Positions 50,801 through 59,066 of a DNA stretch of 64,000 bases are shown here, one piece after another. Origin of the DNA: a virus (taxonomy: Duplodnaviria; Caudoviricetes); the IMG/VR virus record IMGVR_UViG_3300035501_000922; one strand, 5' to 3'. A program made the position numbers and the translations under genes. Numbering within the stretch: the stretch's first letter is position 1; each line of letters begins with the position of its first letter. The notes under the pieces were generated by a model. That model was not told the DNA's origin, did not search any database, and was given only the letters and a program-made list of their open reading frames with translations.

Positions 50801-53800
50801 ATTTGAGTGAGAAGGTCAAAGCCAAGTATGCCTACACATACAACCTCATTTACTAAATCGACGATACTACCTACTGTTGTACCTGTGAAACCACCGAGTA
50901 CCGCAGCTATAATTCTCATCTTTCCGTCAACTTTACTTTGAGGTATCTGGAATAGTCTAGCTACTCCACCATCACCTGAGCTATTGATTGCACCTAGTAA
51001 GAATCCGCCACCTTCCATAATAACGGTACCTACACCTAATGTCGCAGCTCCACCAGCTTCTTTTGCTGCAGCTTCAGTAGCACCTTTTTCAATTTTTTTA
51101 GTAGCTTCTTCACCCATGTTTTCAAGACCATCGGTAACACTCTTTTCAACTGCTTTAACGCCCGAGTCTTTACCAACTTTTTTATTAAGTTTTTTACCTA
51201 CTTTTTCAAGTAATTCATCTATCCAACTTTTAATTTTTTCAATTATTTGTTTGACTATTTTACTACCACCCTTAGAAGCACCTTCAGCTCCTTCTTTAGC
51301 GACAGTTTCTGCAGTTTCTTTAGCTGCATCTTTACCGAGGGTTGCAGCAGTGCTTTCTGCAGTGTCTTTAGCAACAGTTTCGGCCGTATCTTTAACAATG
51401 GTTGCGCCAGCGTCTTCTACCCCATTTTTAGCAACAGTTTCAGCTGTGTCCTTAGCTATAGTTGCGCCAGCGTCTTCTACCCCTTCTTTAGCGACAGTTT
51501 CAGCCGTTTCTTTGGCTGTATCTTTAACAATGGTTGCACCTGCATCCTCTACACCATCTTTAGCAACAGTTTCAGCTGTATCTTTGGCAGTATCTTTAAC
51601 AATGGTCGCACCAGCATCTTCCACTCCATCTTTAGCAACAGTTTCGGCTGTGTCCTTAGCAGTTTCTTCAGCTGTTTCTTTAGCGACATTTTCAGCCGTA
51701 TCTTTTGCAGCCTCTTCAACTCCTTCTTTTGCGGCATCTCCAGCTATGGTTGCAGCAGCATCTTCAGCCCCTTCTTCAGCAACTGTTTCAGCAGTGTTTT
51801 TACCAAATACATCAGTTATAGGTGTATTCCACCAATCTTGGGCAGCTTTTACTTGACTGCCAAACTCAGTACCGTAAAATGCATTTTTAGCATTTGTAAC
51901 TAAATTGCTATTTGCTATTGCATTTAATCCTTTACTTGCTGCATTTACTCCAGCTTCAGCTCCTGTGCCGGCAACTTTTAAAGTTGTTCCTGCTACTTTG
52001 GTTGTCATAAAAGGTAATTTTGAAAGAACCTTACCAGTAGTTTTTGCAACTTTAGGTATACCTTTTACGAGTGTTTTTGTTGTTGCTTTAACTGCGTTAG
52101 GATGAAGTAAAAAATTTACTTTAGCAGCGGTTGCATGATCGACTTCTCCATCTTCATTCGTGAGGTATGTTTCTGCAGCTTCTAACGGATGACCTGTAGC
52201 AAGATCTTCTATAGCATTAGCATCATTAGTTACCTCTGCAACAGCATTATCAAGATTTGAGCGGTTATCCTTATTCGTAGATTTATTTTCAGTAAAGCTA
52301 TTGACAACCCCTGCAATTTTATTAACGAGCGTACCCACACCCTCTGCAATACTCAGTAAAGCATTCGTTACAGACGGCCAATCAATAGTATTAAAAAGAG
52401 TGGCAGAAACTGGGGCTAAGGCAGAAGCTATTGTTGCAACATTAGATACTGTTGTCTTAATTAGCTTATACGTTTCACCAAATGTACTATTCTCTAATTT
52501 TTCATCAATGTTGCTTGCAGTCATTTTAGCCCATTCACCAAATGTACCATTTTTCAGAGCATTAAATCCCTCACCTACTGTTGTCGCAACTTTCTTAACA
52601 ATACTTATTGTATTTGAAAAATGATCAGACACAAGCCATTTCATTGCTTTGGTAACAAACGGTACTGCAGCCAAAAGACCTACAGTTATTAATCCCTTTT
52701 TGCTAAAGATTTTACTCCATATGGCATTATGGGATTTAGTCTCATCATATTGTGCTTTCGTATTGTCACGTATTTGAGTGAATAAACTTCTTTCTTTTTC
52801 TTTCTCTTTTTCACGAACCTTGTCAGCTTGCTTAACTCCCTTTTCACGAACCTTAGTTAATGCTGATTTAGCCAGATTAACAGGAGCGGTAACAACTTTA
52901 CCAACAGTGTGAACGGCTGCACCAATGGCACCAGTTATGAGACCACGACCTCCTCCACTGCCACCACGTATGTGTGTACGTCCAACACCTTCACCACCAT
53001 TTTCTTCAGTGTTGTCTTCATCTACAAGAGTTATGCTTTCACCATTTTTTTCATCTTTTTTAGTCTTTTTTGCTGCCAATTTTTCAATCTTTTTATCTTC
53101 TTTTTCTTTTAATTTATCCCGTTTTTTCTTTTTCTTTGTTAATTTTTTATTTCTCCGCCAATGACCTATATCAAAAGAAAACACATCAGATGTAAATGGA
53201 TTAAATTTTTCTGAGTTAGAAAGATAGTTATCTAATGATAGAATACCATGTTTACCATCTGTTAAATCTAACTTTTTGCCAGAAGCTGAAGAAGTAATTT
53301 GACCTTTATTTTTTACAAAGTCATCTGCAAAATCATCAAAACCGTCATAGTCATCAAGCAGTCCTTTGTCTTTTAATTCAAAGAACTTCTTTCTTGCCAT
53401 ACTACGAAGATAAATATCATATGACTCGTTATCTTTTTTCTCACTATCCTTAATCTCATTATCAAGATTAGCATACTTTTCACTTTTTTTAAAAAATTTT
53501 GCTCCAAGACTTAGAATAGCAGCATTTTTATTTTTCTCTTCAGTTTCTTTGTCTTTATAATCTTTCATGCTGTTGAAGTTCTTAGCAGTCCATTGTAAAA
53601 CATCACTGCCATTTTCTTCAACTTCTTTCATAGCGGCTTCTGTATCCCCGCCGTTATTCTCTAGGATTTTTTGGTATTCTTTAAAGGCGTTAGTTTTTTC
53701 TTCATACGAAAAATTATCGCCCTCTTTTTTAAGTTCATCTTTTGTCTTTTCATCACGGGGATCAGTATCATCTTTATCTCCTGTAAGTTGTGCATATATT

Positions 53801-56800
53801 TTACTAGCAATCCAAATGAGTTTACCCTCAGCATTTAAGGTCGAGAAATCCTTCATTTGCTTTACTTGGGCAAAAGTAGTTCCTAATGCAATGGCTCTAC
53901 CTTCAATTTTTTCTTTAGCTTTTTTTGCCATCTGGTCTTCTGTTTCGACCTTGGTATTTAATTTTTTAGCTAAACTAGGTTTTGCTCGTATTGCAGCAGC
54001 TCTTGCCTCAGCAGTATCTGATGAATACTGTCCTTTAGTTGCTTTTTCTATAATCTTGGCGTTCTTATCTCTTTCTTTTTGATCGTTATGCTCTTTACGA
54101 AGTTTATTTCTCTCGTCTGTTTCAAGCATTTTACGGTATCTCCATCTTTCTGATGGACTCATACCTTCAGTATTAACAGAGTCTAATTGGGAACCATTTA
54201 TTCTAGCAGTTAAATTATTTGCACCATCATATAATTTTGCAACACCCTTACCTGCAAGACCTGCAAGACCTTTTACGCCTTTTCCGAGTAATCTAAGAGG
54301 TGTTAAAGCAGTTTTGACAATTTTCAAAACTCCTTTTGTTATTCCTCTTATACCACGTTTTATTTGGGTTTTAAGCCAATCTTTTCCTATATCTAATGCA
54401 GCCTTTAAGTTTGAATTTTCCCATGTTTCTACTATCTTGGATTTAGCAATATCAAGAACACCCCGAACTAATCTTATAGGAGCTAATACTGCTCCTCTTA
54501 CAGCATGGAATGTTAATGCCGCTATTCCTTTTACAGTATCGGCTACAGGTTCAATAACGTTATCTCTTACGATATCAACAAGAGGATCAACAAGGTTTTC
54601 TTTAATACCAGTACCGATATCATTACATATGCCACCTATATTGTCTCTGATACTAGCGAACACACTGCCAACATGCTCAGATACACTTTCGGTAAGTGCT
54701 GTTATAGTATCTCCAAACTTGTATTCTAAGTCTAAAGATACTGTTTTAAGATAGTATGAAAGTTGAGTTTTCATAGGTCTTAATACATTAGCATTAAGCA
54801 TATTTCCGAAACGTCCAAAAAGACCGTTCTTATGCTTCTTTTTACCATCTTCTTCATAGTCTTCGCCAAATAAGAATTTCTTAAACGATTCACCATTAGC
54901 GGCTATAGAAGCACCAAGACCCATTAAACCACCAAATATAGGTCCACCAGGCATAACAGCCGAAGCCATAACACCACCAAGTATACCTATACCTGACATT
55001 CCAAGAACCTTACCATCTAGTGAAAATTCTTCGCCATTGTTACCTCTAGATGCTTTTTTACTAAATCCATTTTTAATAGCATTAACTAAACCAATTTGAC
55101 CTTTTTCTTCATCACCAAAAAGGAACGCCTTGAATTTATCAGAACGTGTAACAAGTGTAGTTGCTATGCCGAGACCAGCACCAACAATAGGACCACCAAC
55201 TAATGTGCCTAATGCACCTCCGGTTTTTCCTGCTAATGTTGACGTCAAAGCACCTACTGCTCCACCACCAATAATATTCAGTTTATTTTTCTTAATATAA
55301 TCCTGAGTACCTCTACTTAAGAATCCTCCATATCTTTCTCCAGTTTCGTCATCCTTTTTACCAAACAACCAATCCTGGAGCTTTCCACTTCTAGTAAGGA
55401 TACTTGTAGCAATACCCATGGCAGCACCACCAATAGGACCTCCAACAAGAGTACCTAAAACACTACCGCCAGCCATTACTCCAACACCAGCACCAATAGC
55501 TCCACCAACAGTGGCATCCTTGGTGTATGTACTAAATTTCTTTTGAATTTTCTCAGAAACTTCCTTAGAGCTTTGACCCTCAATGGATTCTCCTAAAAAT
55601 GCTTCTTTCCACTTATCTAATCCACCTTTAAGAGATTCAGTGAAACTATTAAAAATTCCACTGCCTTTTCTCTTACCTGTAGGATTACCATCTTCATCAA
55701 CTTCTTCAGGTCCAAATAGTTTGGTCATAATTCCAGCTTTAACAGTACTACCCATATTTTTAAGAGTAGCTAAAACTGAATCATCCTTATCTTCATATTT
55801 ATTACCCTTAGAATCAGTCCATGCTTTTCCAGTTAGATTGTGCTTAATGGAACCTAAAATATCACCCATACCATTTCTAATACCGGAAAGAAGTCCACCT
55901 TCTGAATTACCATTTGCATCTTTTGTACCAAGTAATACAATTTTTAACGGAGAAATAACTTTGTCTCGCAAAGTATCACCAATTGCAGTAGCTTGTTCTG
56001 TAAAGATTTTAGTAAATTCCGTCATGGCTTCTTGGGTATTGCCGTGCATTATTGATGTCATCATGCCATTTGTATGCTTAGCACCCGAAGAAAGCATTTT
56101 ACTGAGCAGACCACTTGATTCAAAATCTTGACTTTCCCCTGTAAATTCTTCTCTTTTTCGTCTTTTATCAATACCTTTAAACTTCTTATTATTCTCTTTA
56201 CCATAACCCATTTCTTTTGATAATTCAGCATAAATGTTTTCTATATTATCAAGACCTGAGTTTTGTAGATTATAATAACTAGCATTTTTTTCATAATCTT
56301 TCAATTTATCAGTTGCAGCTTGCTGCGTGCTTAAAATAGCAGCAGTTAAGCTGTATGCTGATGAAGGATTATTCTTTACTAATTTTTGAAGAGCATCATT
56401 AATATGGTCTGCATTTTTTCTGCTTCCCTTATTGTATGATATACTCTCTAATATTTTTTGTAATTCACCATCACTTGAAGTATCTGCAACATTAACATGC
56501 TTCTGTGATTGTGTTAACTGCATTACAAATTCTTCAATAGTGTGACGTAATGATTCTTGATTCTCCTTAGTCGATTCATTTTCAACTAATGTTTTTAATG
56601 ATTTACCGATTTCTGATGAATCAAAACTATCCATAATAGTATTACGGAAGTCATTAAGAATTCCACCACGTAAATCAGCTTGCTTTACGTACTTATTTTG
56701 ATTATAATCAAAAATATCAGCATCAGCTTTTGCTTTTTGGGTATCAATCTTATAATGGTCAGCAATTGCTTTTAAATAAGAAGTCTGCTCTCGTAACTCC

Positions 56801-57966
56801 TTAGTAATAACCTGTGTAATAGCATGTTTGGTTTCACCATCAAAAGGAATTGCACCTTTTTCAATCTTAGCAGAATGAATAGATGTTTTTCTTTCTGAAC
56901 GTAAACCAAAATTTTTACCAATAAATTTTGTAATAGTACCTGCCAGGCCAGCACTATATTTATCTCCCTCATCAGCCAACCTATTAAGCATTGTGGGAAC
57001 AAAATTAGAGAAAGTCTTTTCAACAGTATCAATTGTTGAGCCAAATACTTTGGTTACCAATCCCTTAGTTAGTTCTGCTGTAACCATACCTAGAGGATTA
57101 CTTGCTATCATGTCAAGCATACTCTCATCGAGGTCGAGCATGCCTAGGCTATCCTTTATTTGTTGATTTACATAGTTTTTATATTGAGCTAAGTTAATAC
57201 CACCGTTTTTAGTATTAAAAGTACCGGCGGCTGTAGTCCTATCAGAACCATATATATCGGTGTTATTACCGCTTTGACCCATACGGTCATAATAGGCCAT
57301 ACTTGCTTCAATGTACTTGGTCATATTATCATTTTGATATTGAACCAAAGCACTTAAATTGTTATTAATATTGGATAAGTGACCTGTTATTTCAGAGCCT
57401 AACTTCTCCATTTGATACAGACCTGCTGCACTAACAGAAATAAATGCATCCATTGATGCTTTATTTGTTTTAAGGATATTCTCAGACTGTTTCTTTATAT
57501 TGGAAGAAAGATTTAAGACAGCGTCACGAGTTCCACTGTCTACTTGAACGTTATAGTTGTTATTAGTAAGACTAACGTCTTCGTCTTCATCACCGAATGA
57601 AACATCACCCGATGAATCTGACCAGAAGTCATCATTTCCATCTCCAAAATCAAACATTCTGTCGGTATTATTAAAATTACCTTCTTTTAAATCACTTAAA
57701 GCATTTTTATATGCTTTTGCAGCGAATGCTCCGTATTTAGATTGCTTTAATGTATCAGCAACCTTACCAACTGTAGCCTTTCCACTTTTTAAAGAGGAAA
57801 GAATATTTTTAGAAGTTTTCGCAGATGTGCTTACAACTTCTGATAAATTGGGGTATATTTGTTTTAACGATTCTTGTGTTGATGCACCAATGCTCTTCAT
57901 GGCGTTGTCTATCCATTTAGATTTGGTGTTTAATGTTTTTTCAAATGTAGATTTAGAAATAGCCAT
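44890..57966 (-). CDS. Giant tape-measure-like tail protein with C39-like peptidase, CHAP, SGNH hydrolase, NlpC/P60-like amidase and phage tail lysozyme domains
   Basis: 4358 aa. Gly-rich hydrophobic segments; YYSQND...GCGPTAM...GHYVV...DP (~48475-48980); GQCTWY...GHVMFVE...EAN (~48020-48400); GDSRT...GVND...DGLH (~47240-47755); DCTGFVS...HGEIY (~46185-46680); AGIMGNIQQES...GLIQWT...YER (~45495-45940). Confidence 0.85.
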   Translation of the reverse strand: MAISKSTFEKTLNTKSKWIDNAMKSIGASTQESLKQIYPNLSEVVSTSAKTSKNILSSLKSGKATVGKVADTLKQSKYGAFAAKAYKNALSDLKEGNFNNTDRMFDFGDGNDDFWSDSSGDVSFGDEDEDVSLTNNNYNVQVDSGTRDAVLNLSSNIKKQSENILKTNKASMDAFISVSAAGLYQMEKLGSEITGHLSNINNNLSALVQYQNDNMTKYIEASMAYYDRMGQSGNNTDIYGSDRTTAAGTFNTKNGGINLAQYKNYVNQQIKDSLGMLDLDESMLDMIASNPLGMVTAELTKGLVTKVFGSTIDTVEKTFSNFVPTMLNRLADEGDKYSAGLAGTITKFIGKNFGLRSERKTSIHSAKIEKGAIPFDGETKHAITQVITKELREQTSYLKAIADHYKIDTQKAKADADIFDYNQNKYVKQADLRGGILNDFRNTIMDSFDSSEIGKSLKTLVENESTKENQESLRHTIEEFVMQLTQSQKHVNVADTSSDGELQKILESISYNKGSRKNADHINDALQKLVKNNPSSAYSLTAAILSTQQAATDKLKDYEKNASYYNLQNSGLDNIENIYAELSKEMGYGKENNKKFKGIDKRRKREEFTGESQDFESSGLLSKMLSSGAKHTNGMMTSIMHGNTQEAMTEFTKIFTEQATAIGDTLRDKVISPLKIVLLGTKDANGNSEGGLLSGIRNGMGDILGSIKHNLTGKAWTDSKGNKYEDKDDSVLATLKNMGSTVKAGIMTKLFGPEEVDEDGNPTGKRKGSGIFNSFTESLKGGLDKWKEAFLGESIEGQSSKEVSEKIQKKFSTYTKDATVGGAIGAGVGVMAGGSVLGTLVGGPIGGAAMGIATSILTRSGKLQDWLFGKKDDETGERYGGFLSRGTQDYIKKNKLNIIGGGAVGALTSTLAGKTGGALGTLVGGPIVGAGLGIATTLVTRSDKFKAFLFGDEEKGQIGLVNAIKNGFSKKASRGNNGEEFSLDGKVLGMSGIGILGGVMASAVMPGGPIFGGLMGLGASIAANGESFKKFLFGEDYEEDGKKKHKNGLFGRFGNMLNANVLRPMKTQLSYYLKTVSLDLEYKFGDTITALTESVSEHVGSVFASIRDNIGGICNDIGTGIKENLVDPLVDIVRDNVIEPVADTVKGIAALTFHAVRGAVLAPIRLVRGVLDIAKSKIVETWENSNLKAALDIGKDWLKTQIKRGIRGITKGVLKIVKTALTPLRLLGKGVKGLAGLAGKGVAKLYDGANNLTARINGSQLDSVNTEGMSPSERWRYRKMLETDERNKLRKEHNDQKERDKNAKIIEKATKGQYSSDTAEARAAAIRAKPSLAKKLNTKVETEDQMAKKAKEKIEGRAIALGTTFAQVKQMKDFSTLNAEGKLIWIASKIYAQLTGDKDDTDPRDEKTKDELKKEGDNFSYEEKTNAFKEYQKILENNGGDTEAAMKEVEENGSDVLQWTAKNFNSMKDYKDKETEEKNKNAAILSLGAKFFKKSEKYANLDNEIKDSEKKDNESYDIYLRSMARKKFFELKDKGLLDDYDGFDDFADDFVKNKGQITSSASGKKLDLTDGKHGILSLDNYLSNSEKFNPFTSDVFSFDIGHWRRNKKLTKKKKKRDKLKEKEDKKIEKLAAKKTKKDEKNGESITLVDEDNTEENGGEGVGRTHIRGGSGGGRGLITGAIGAAVHTVGKVVTAPVNLAKSALTKVREKGVKQADKVREKEKEKERSLFTQIRDNTKAQYDETKSHNAIWSKIFSKKGLITVGLLAAVPFVTKAMKWLVSDHFSNTISIVKKVATTVGEGFNALKNGTFGEWAKMTASNIDEKLENSTFGETYKLIKTTVSNVATIASALAPVSATLFNTIDWPSVTNALLSIAEGVGTLVNKIAGVVNSFTENKSTNKDNRSNLDNAVAEVTNDANAIEDLATGHPLEAAETYLTNEDGEVDHATAAKVNFLLHPNAVKATTKTLVKGIPKVAKTTGKVLSKLPFMTTKVAGTTLKVAGTGAEAGVNAASKGLNAIANSNLVTNAKNAFYGTEFGSQVKAAQDWWNTPITDVFGKNTAETVAEEGAEDAAATIAGDAAKEGVEEAAKDTAENVAKETAEETAKDTAETVAKDGVEDAGATIVKDTAKDTAETVAKDGVEDAGATIVKDTAKETAETVAKEGVEDAGATIAKDTAETVAKNGVEDAGATIVKDTAETVAKDTAESTAATLGKDAAKETAETVAKEGAEGASKGGSKIVKQIIEKIKSWIDELLEKVGKKLNKKVGKDSGVKAVEKSVTDGLENMGEEATKKIEKGATEAAAKEAGGAATLGVGTVIMEGGGFLLGAINSSGDGGVARLFQIPQSKVDGKMRIIAAVLGGFTGTTVGSIVDLVNEVVCVGILGFDLLTQIACAIYNIVAKDKDVDKLQDAQIEWKGEYEEYRQGEIEDAYETAVKNGEIDGNEVSLADYIDGVNDGTYTVKYDSFADWNDDQNKTVGAQIADAYDNLIDKGGDLIAAGVDKAKQFGKNVKNTFSSMADKGGDLIAAGVDKAKNAGKKLKNGATKLFNKGKNGLKKLGKGAKNLFNKGKDKVKDTAKKVKNGAKNFIKDPLGSTKKLFNKAKDKVKDTTKKVKNVAKKAAKFLTTKKETAWYDTDGSYYVANGKSFDHYNANGSKIDEDVDADEIQERITAGELEEGTATVKNKIGTIASAIGDKAKNIFSSVKEKASGVFTKLSKLSDTKWGKLASKVASPLTSVIKSLTSKKEKAWYDTDGSYYVANGSGFDHYNATGDLIEENVDSETITEQINSGNLTEGEAVVNSSSLKEGLNNIKDKLSNAWSTGVSKAKDLYKNMKSKVSSVFKSIQENGIIGSIKKLVSSSSQEAWFDANGNYYVKNGKKFDYYNANNDLIEKGIDADEVQEKITTGLLTKGKIQKDSAAKNAVDKIKKSVKESWDKAKSTVSAGWTKFTKWITGGSGDGHTVDDFDTDDYGEPSIMGGSGMGFRRLRSPHGGRGADTVNGFSYYSQNDSDWKNSAYGNDGATMGDTGCGPTAMSMVASQMTGQNVTPTETASLAQMTGDRDSTGTNWNFIDKASAAYGINSTEQFNPSGEYIQSQLEQGKPMILSGASGTGGFGSGDTPYTPAGHYVVATGIDNNGNIDISDPRGKSYSKKFNVDDVASQTGAAWSFGQGGGFGSALESKLGTRLANFDSDAYKSPINQLSEGQCTWYAEGRAYEKCGWEGITDRPRGNGGEIYSKATKDGYDTGTSLKANSLVSLGSSSQYGHVMFVEDVDTDNNKVYYTEANNPANNVVDSDDGKLKVQSIDDWNNKRSIHGYVYCGDSTSSDDSTYDTSTNTVVDSSSDSSSSSSTNSILSGLSSLMGEIGNRFVNGAFTGNYDSDYSSYISSLHNSSSSSSSSTSDTSSTDNSGKKIVMIGDSRTVGMCSAMGGPYIQQTGYIGTKDNVTYIAKEGSGFDWLSETAYNLAKKYVDSNTVVLMWHGVNDVNNADKYAKFVKTEMTKLGAKIYYISVGPCNKNYTSSNSGIEKFNKSLKDALPSDVGWVDVYSYIKDGFTKNEMGTSDGLHYNDTTYKSIMSKIMSTIGASTTVSTGGGSGSGRPSILSRAKSFISNATKGQNGGFGLGRIRRGGGFGSKPLIRGGFGESTDGTIQRTSNGGYTYTSDFFGWPTKYKNSWENSKTQTEVENDITNAEYKHVLNHSTVNDKNQGIYKSPYDKYKAQTITYKATTTADDTTDSGMKHKKQILSKIRKVLKTYDTVKTTDDSSGSDSPAGWIECVQKVKQLFSEQLLAAGYTTDNAYKQENFTFDFGDKGKRGFRRDCTGFVSACLWYYGAVPDDDMPTGGYSSHNFGGSSSSQTLIDDLANAGFTRMTFPGWDKLNQGDILIKHNAHGEIYSSGDSAASHQSWNCGCDEGLLATDTVGGANYAYEEIWRPPNSAATGNSETTTGTATAGGILTGVTSLMGEIGNRLVNGAFTGNYDTDYESYIASLKSSTSSSDSSSDDSSSDGTTTNGTDVQAQVWNALIKKGYSSAATAGIMGNIQQESAFNPAVYSNDGGGGLIQWTPWKTKIGAYSEKLGKGIDGWKNNVSMQMDYLDSTIDAENWAFKQNPSKRWNAPNTTVDEFKKATNPVTAAKQFEAGYERSNMNYTNMPKRTKYAQAFYDTYSSTDSTKMSELVTQYVAEGMDISDAVIAARKKLNGDDGGSGTGRKIISGGRGTGAKISKQRTLAPVQCGPHEGGGGRGDDEQSTTYSTSSSTNADNVVKDYKSSLKASSVTSANQIDSTLIANIISLLKDIANNTLDSSDKLDYLKSIDINGDSVTNNTFVTSNNNNNSKNSTSSSSGSNTLQHTESRNEKLAKRIAAGI
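51290..51800 (-). repeat. Degenerate AETVAK(D/E)GVEDAGATI(V/A)KDT repeats in the giant tail protein
   Basis: Visible in both the translation and the DNA. Confidence 0.8.
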
Positions 57967-58006
57967 TTAACTGACTCACTCCTTTCCTCATACAAGAGGT
58001 TATCGT

Positions 58007-58018
58007 TAAAAGATTGTT
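58007..58018 (-). promoter_or_regulatory. Late-type promoter AACA-N6-TA
   Basis: aaca-atcttt-ta upstream of 57966. Confidence 0.7.
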
Positions 58019-58111
58019 TTTTAAGGATATCTACATGTGAAAAAAGAAAAAAAAATAGGAGTAACGAGATTATACTCGTTACTCCTATTTAAAGGGAGAT
58101 AAGTTAGTGTA

Positions 58112-58684
58112 TCACTTTTTGTCAACTCTCTTGCGAGACTGAAGGAACGCAGGACAACCTGTCTTAACACCAAGTTCCTTATGCTTCTTCTTTGTAGTCT
58201 CAAATGTTCCAAGATAGGAACGATCCTGAGGAGAATGTGCATCTGCAACAGTAGTCTTCTCATCAATATTCTTAATATAGATTCCGCCCTTAAATTCCTT
58301 GGTAGGAATAAAGTCAAACTGATTACCAGCATTAATATATTCATACAGAGCCGATGCAAAGAATTCATAAAGACCTTCCATGTTAGGAATTACGAATTCA
58401 TCATCAAGGACTCTTACTGATTCAGACTTATCAACGCCAGCCTTTTCAATCAGTGTTTTGCACCACTGACGGAATCCCTTAGTAACCATAACATCTTCAA
58501 CAGAATCAAGTTCACCCTTCTTAACCTTAGCCATCTCTGTCTTAAAATTGACATCATTAGCCATTGCAAGCATTAATGTGTTGAAGTTCTTCTTGTTGAA
58601 ACGGTTGATAACAATCTTTCCGTTTGCGTTCTTCTTAGCACTCATAGAATCAAGTGCTTCCTGTACTGTCATAATCTTTGCCAT
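58112..58684 (-). CDS. Hypothetical protein, possibly HU/IHF-like DNA-binding
   Basis: RBS ggagg; basic C-terminal beta-arm-like segment (AHSPQD...KKKHKELGVK); terminator at ~58053-58090. Confidence 0.5.
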   Translation of the reverse strand: MAKIMTVQEALDSMSAKKNANGKIVINRFNKKNFNTLMLAMANDVNFKTEMAKVKKGELDSVEDVMVTKGFRQWCKTLIEKAGVDKSESVRVLDDEFVIPNMEGLYEFFASALYEYINAGNQFDFIPTKEFKGGIYIKNIDEKTTVADAHSPQDRSYLGTFETTKKKHKELGVKTGCPAFLQSRKRVDKK

Positions 58685-58699
58685 TTTAAATACCTCCTG

Positions 58700-58807
58700 T
58701 TATTTTGACAATTTGTTCTTCTTTTTCTGCTTCTTCCGTTCCTTAACTATTTTAAGGATATCGTCCAAACAGAAACTTTCAAGGTTTTTAATCTTAATCT
58801 TTTTCAT
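58700..58807 (-). CDS. 35-aa Lys-rich peptide (MKKIKIKNLESFCLDDILKIVKERKKQKKKNKLSK), not in the ORF track
   Basis: RBS gaaaggtgg, ATG at 58807, TAA at 58700-58702, directly before the RBS of the next gene. Confidence 0.6.
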   Translation of the reverse strand: MKKIKIKNLESFCLDDILKIVKERKKQKKKNKLSK

Positions 58808-58874
58808 AGATTAAAACCACCTTTCTTAATAAAAAGTATGACACGTTATAAAATAAAATAAATACAACATGGAT

Positions 58875-59036
58875 ATAATTGGGGAGAACGATTTCTACCG
58901 TCCTTTTGTCTGACTGAGAGAACCGCAATTCTATGTGAAAAACCGCAAAAATAGATACGCTTGTCATTACTTCCAATTTTGTTCATAACGAAACTCCAAT
59001 ATAATTTTATTGACCTGTATAGTTCTCCCCAATCAT
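58875..59036 (-). ncRNA. ~160-nt rod-shaped structured RNA (6S-like architecture)
   Basis: 15-bp closing stem atgattggggagaac/gttctccccaattat (includes a G-U pair only on the minus strand), an A-rich bubble and an irregular upper stem; early motif at 59067-59078 upstream. Confidence 0.5.
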
Positions 59037-59066
59037 TTATGCATTTAATTTTATTTTATACAATTT

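Noticed and set aside
50984-51903. Long plus-strand ORFs (also 19256..19996, 9264..9779 and many short alternative-frame ORFs)
   Set aside because: Antisense or frame shadows of low-complexity coding regions, with no RBS or promoter support.
58794-58976. 60-aa minus-strand ORF
   Set aside because: No clear RBS, and it overlaps the structured RNA and the RBS of the 58807 peptide. Not fully excluded.
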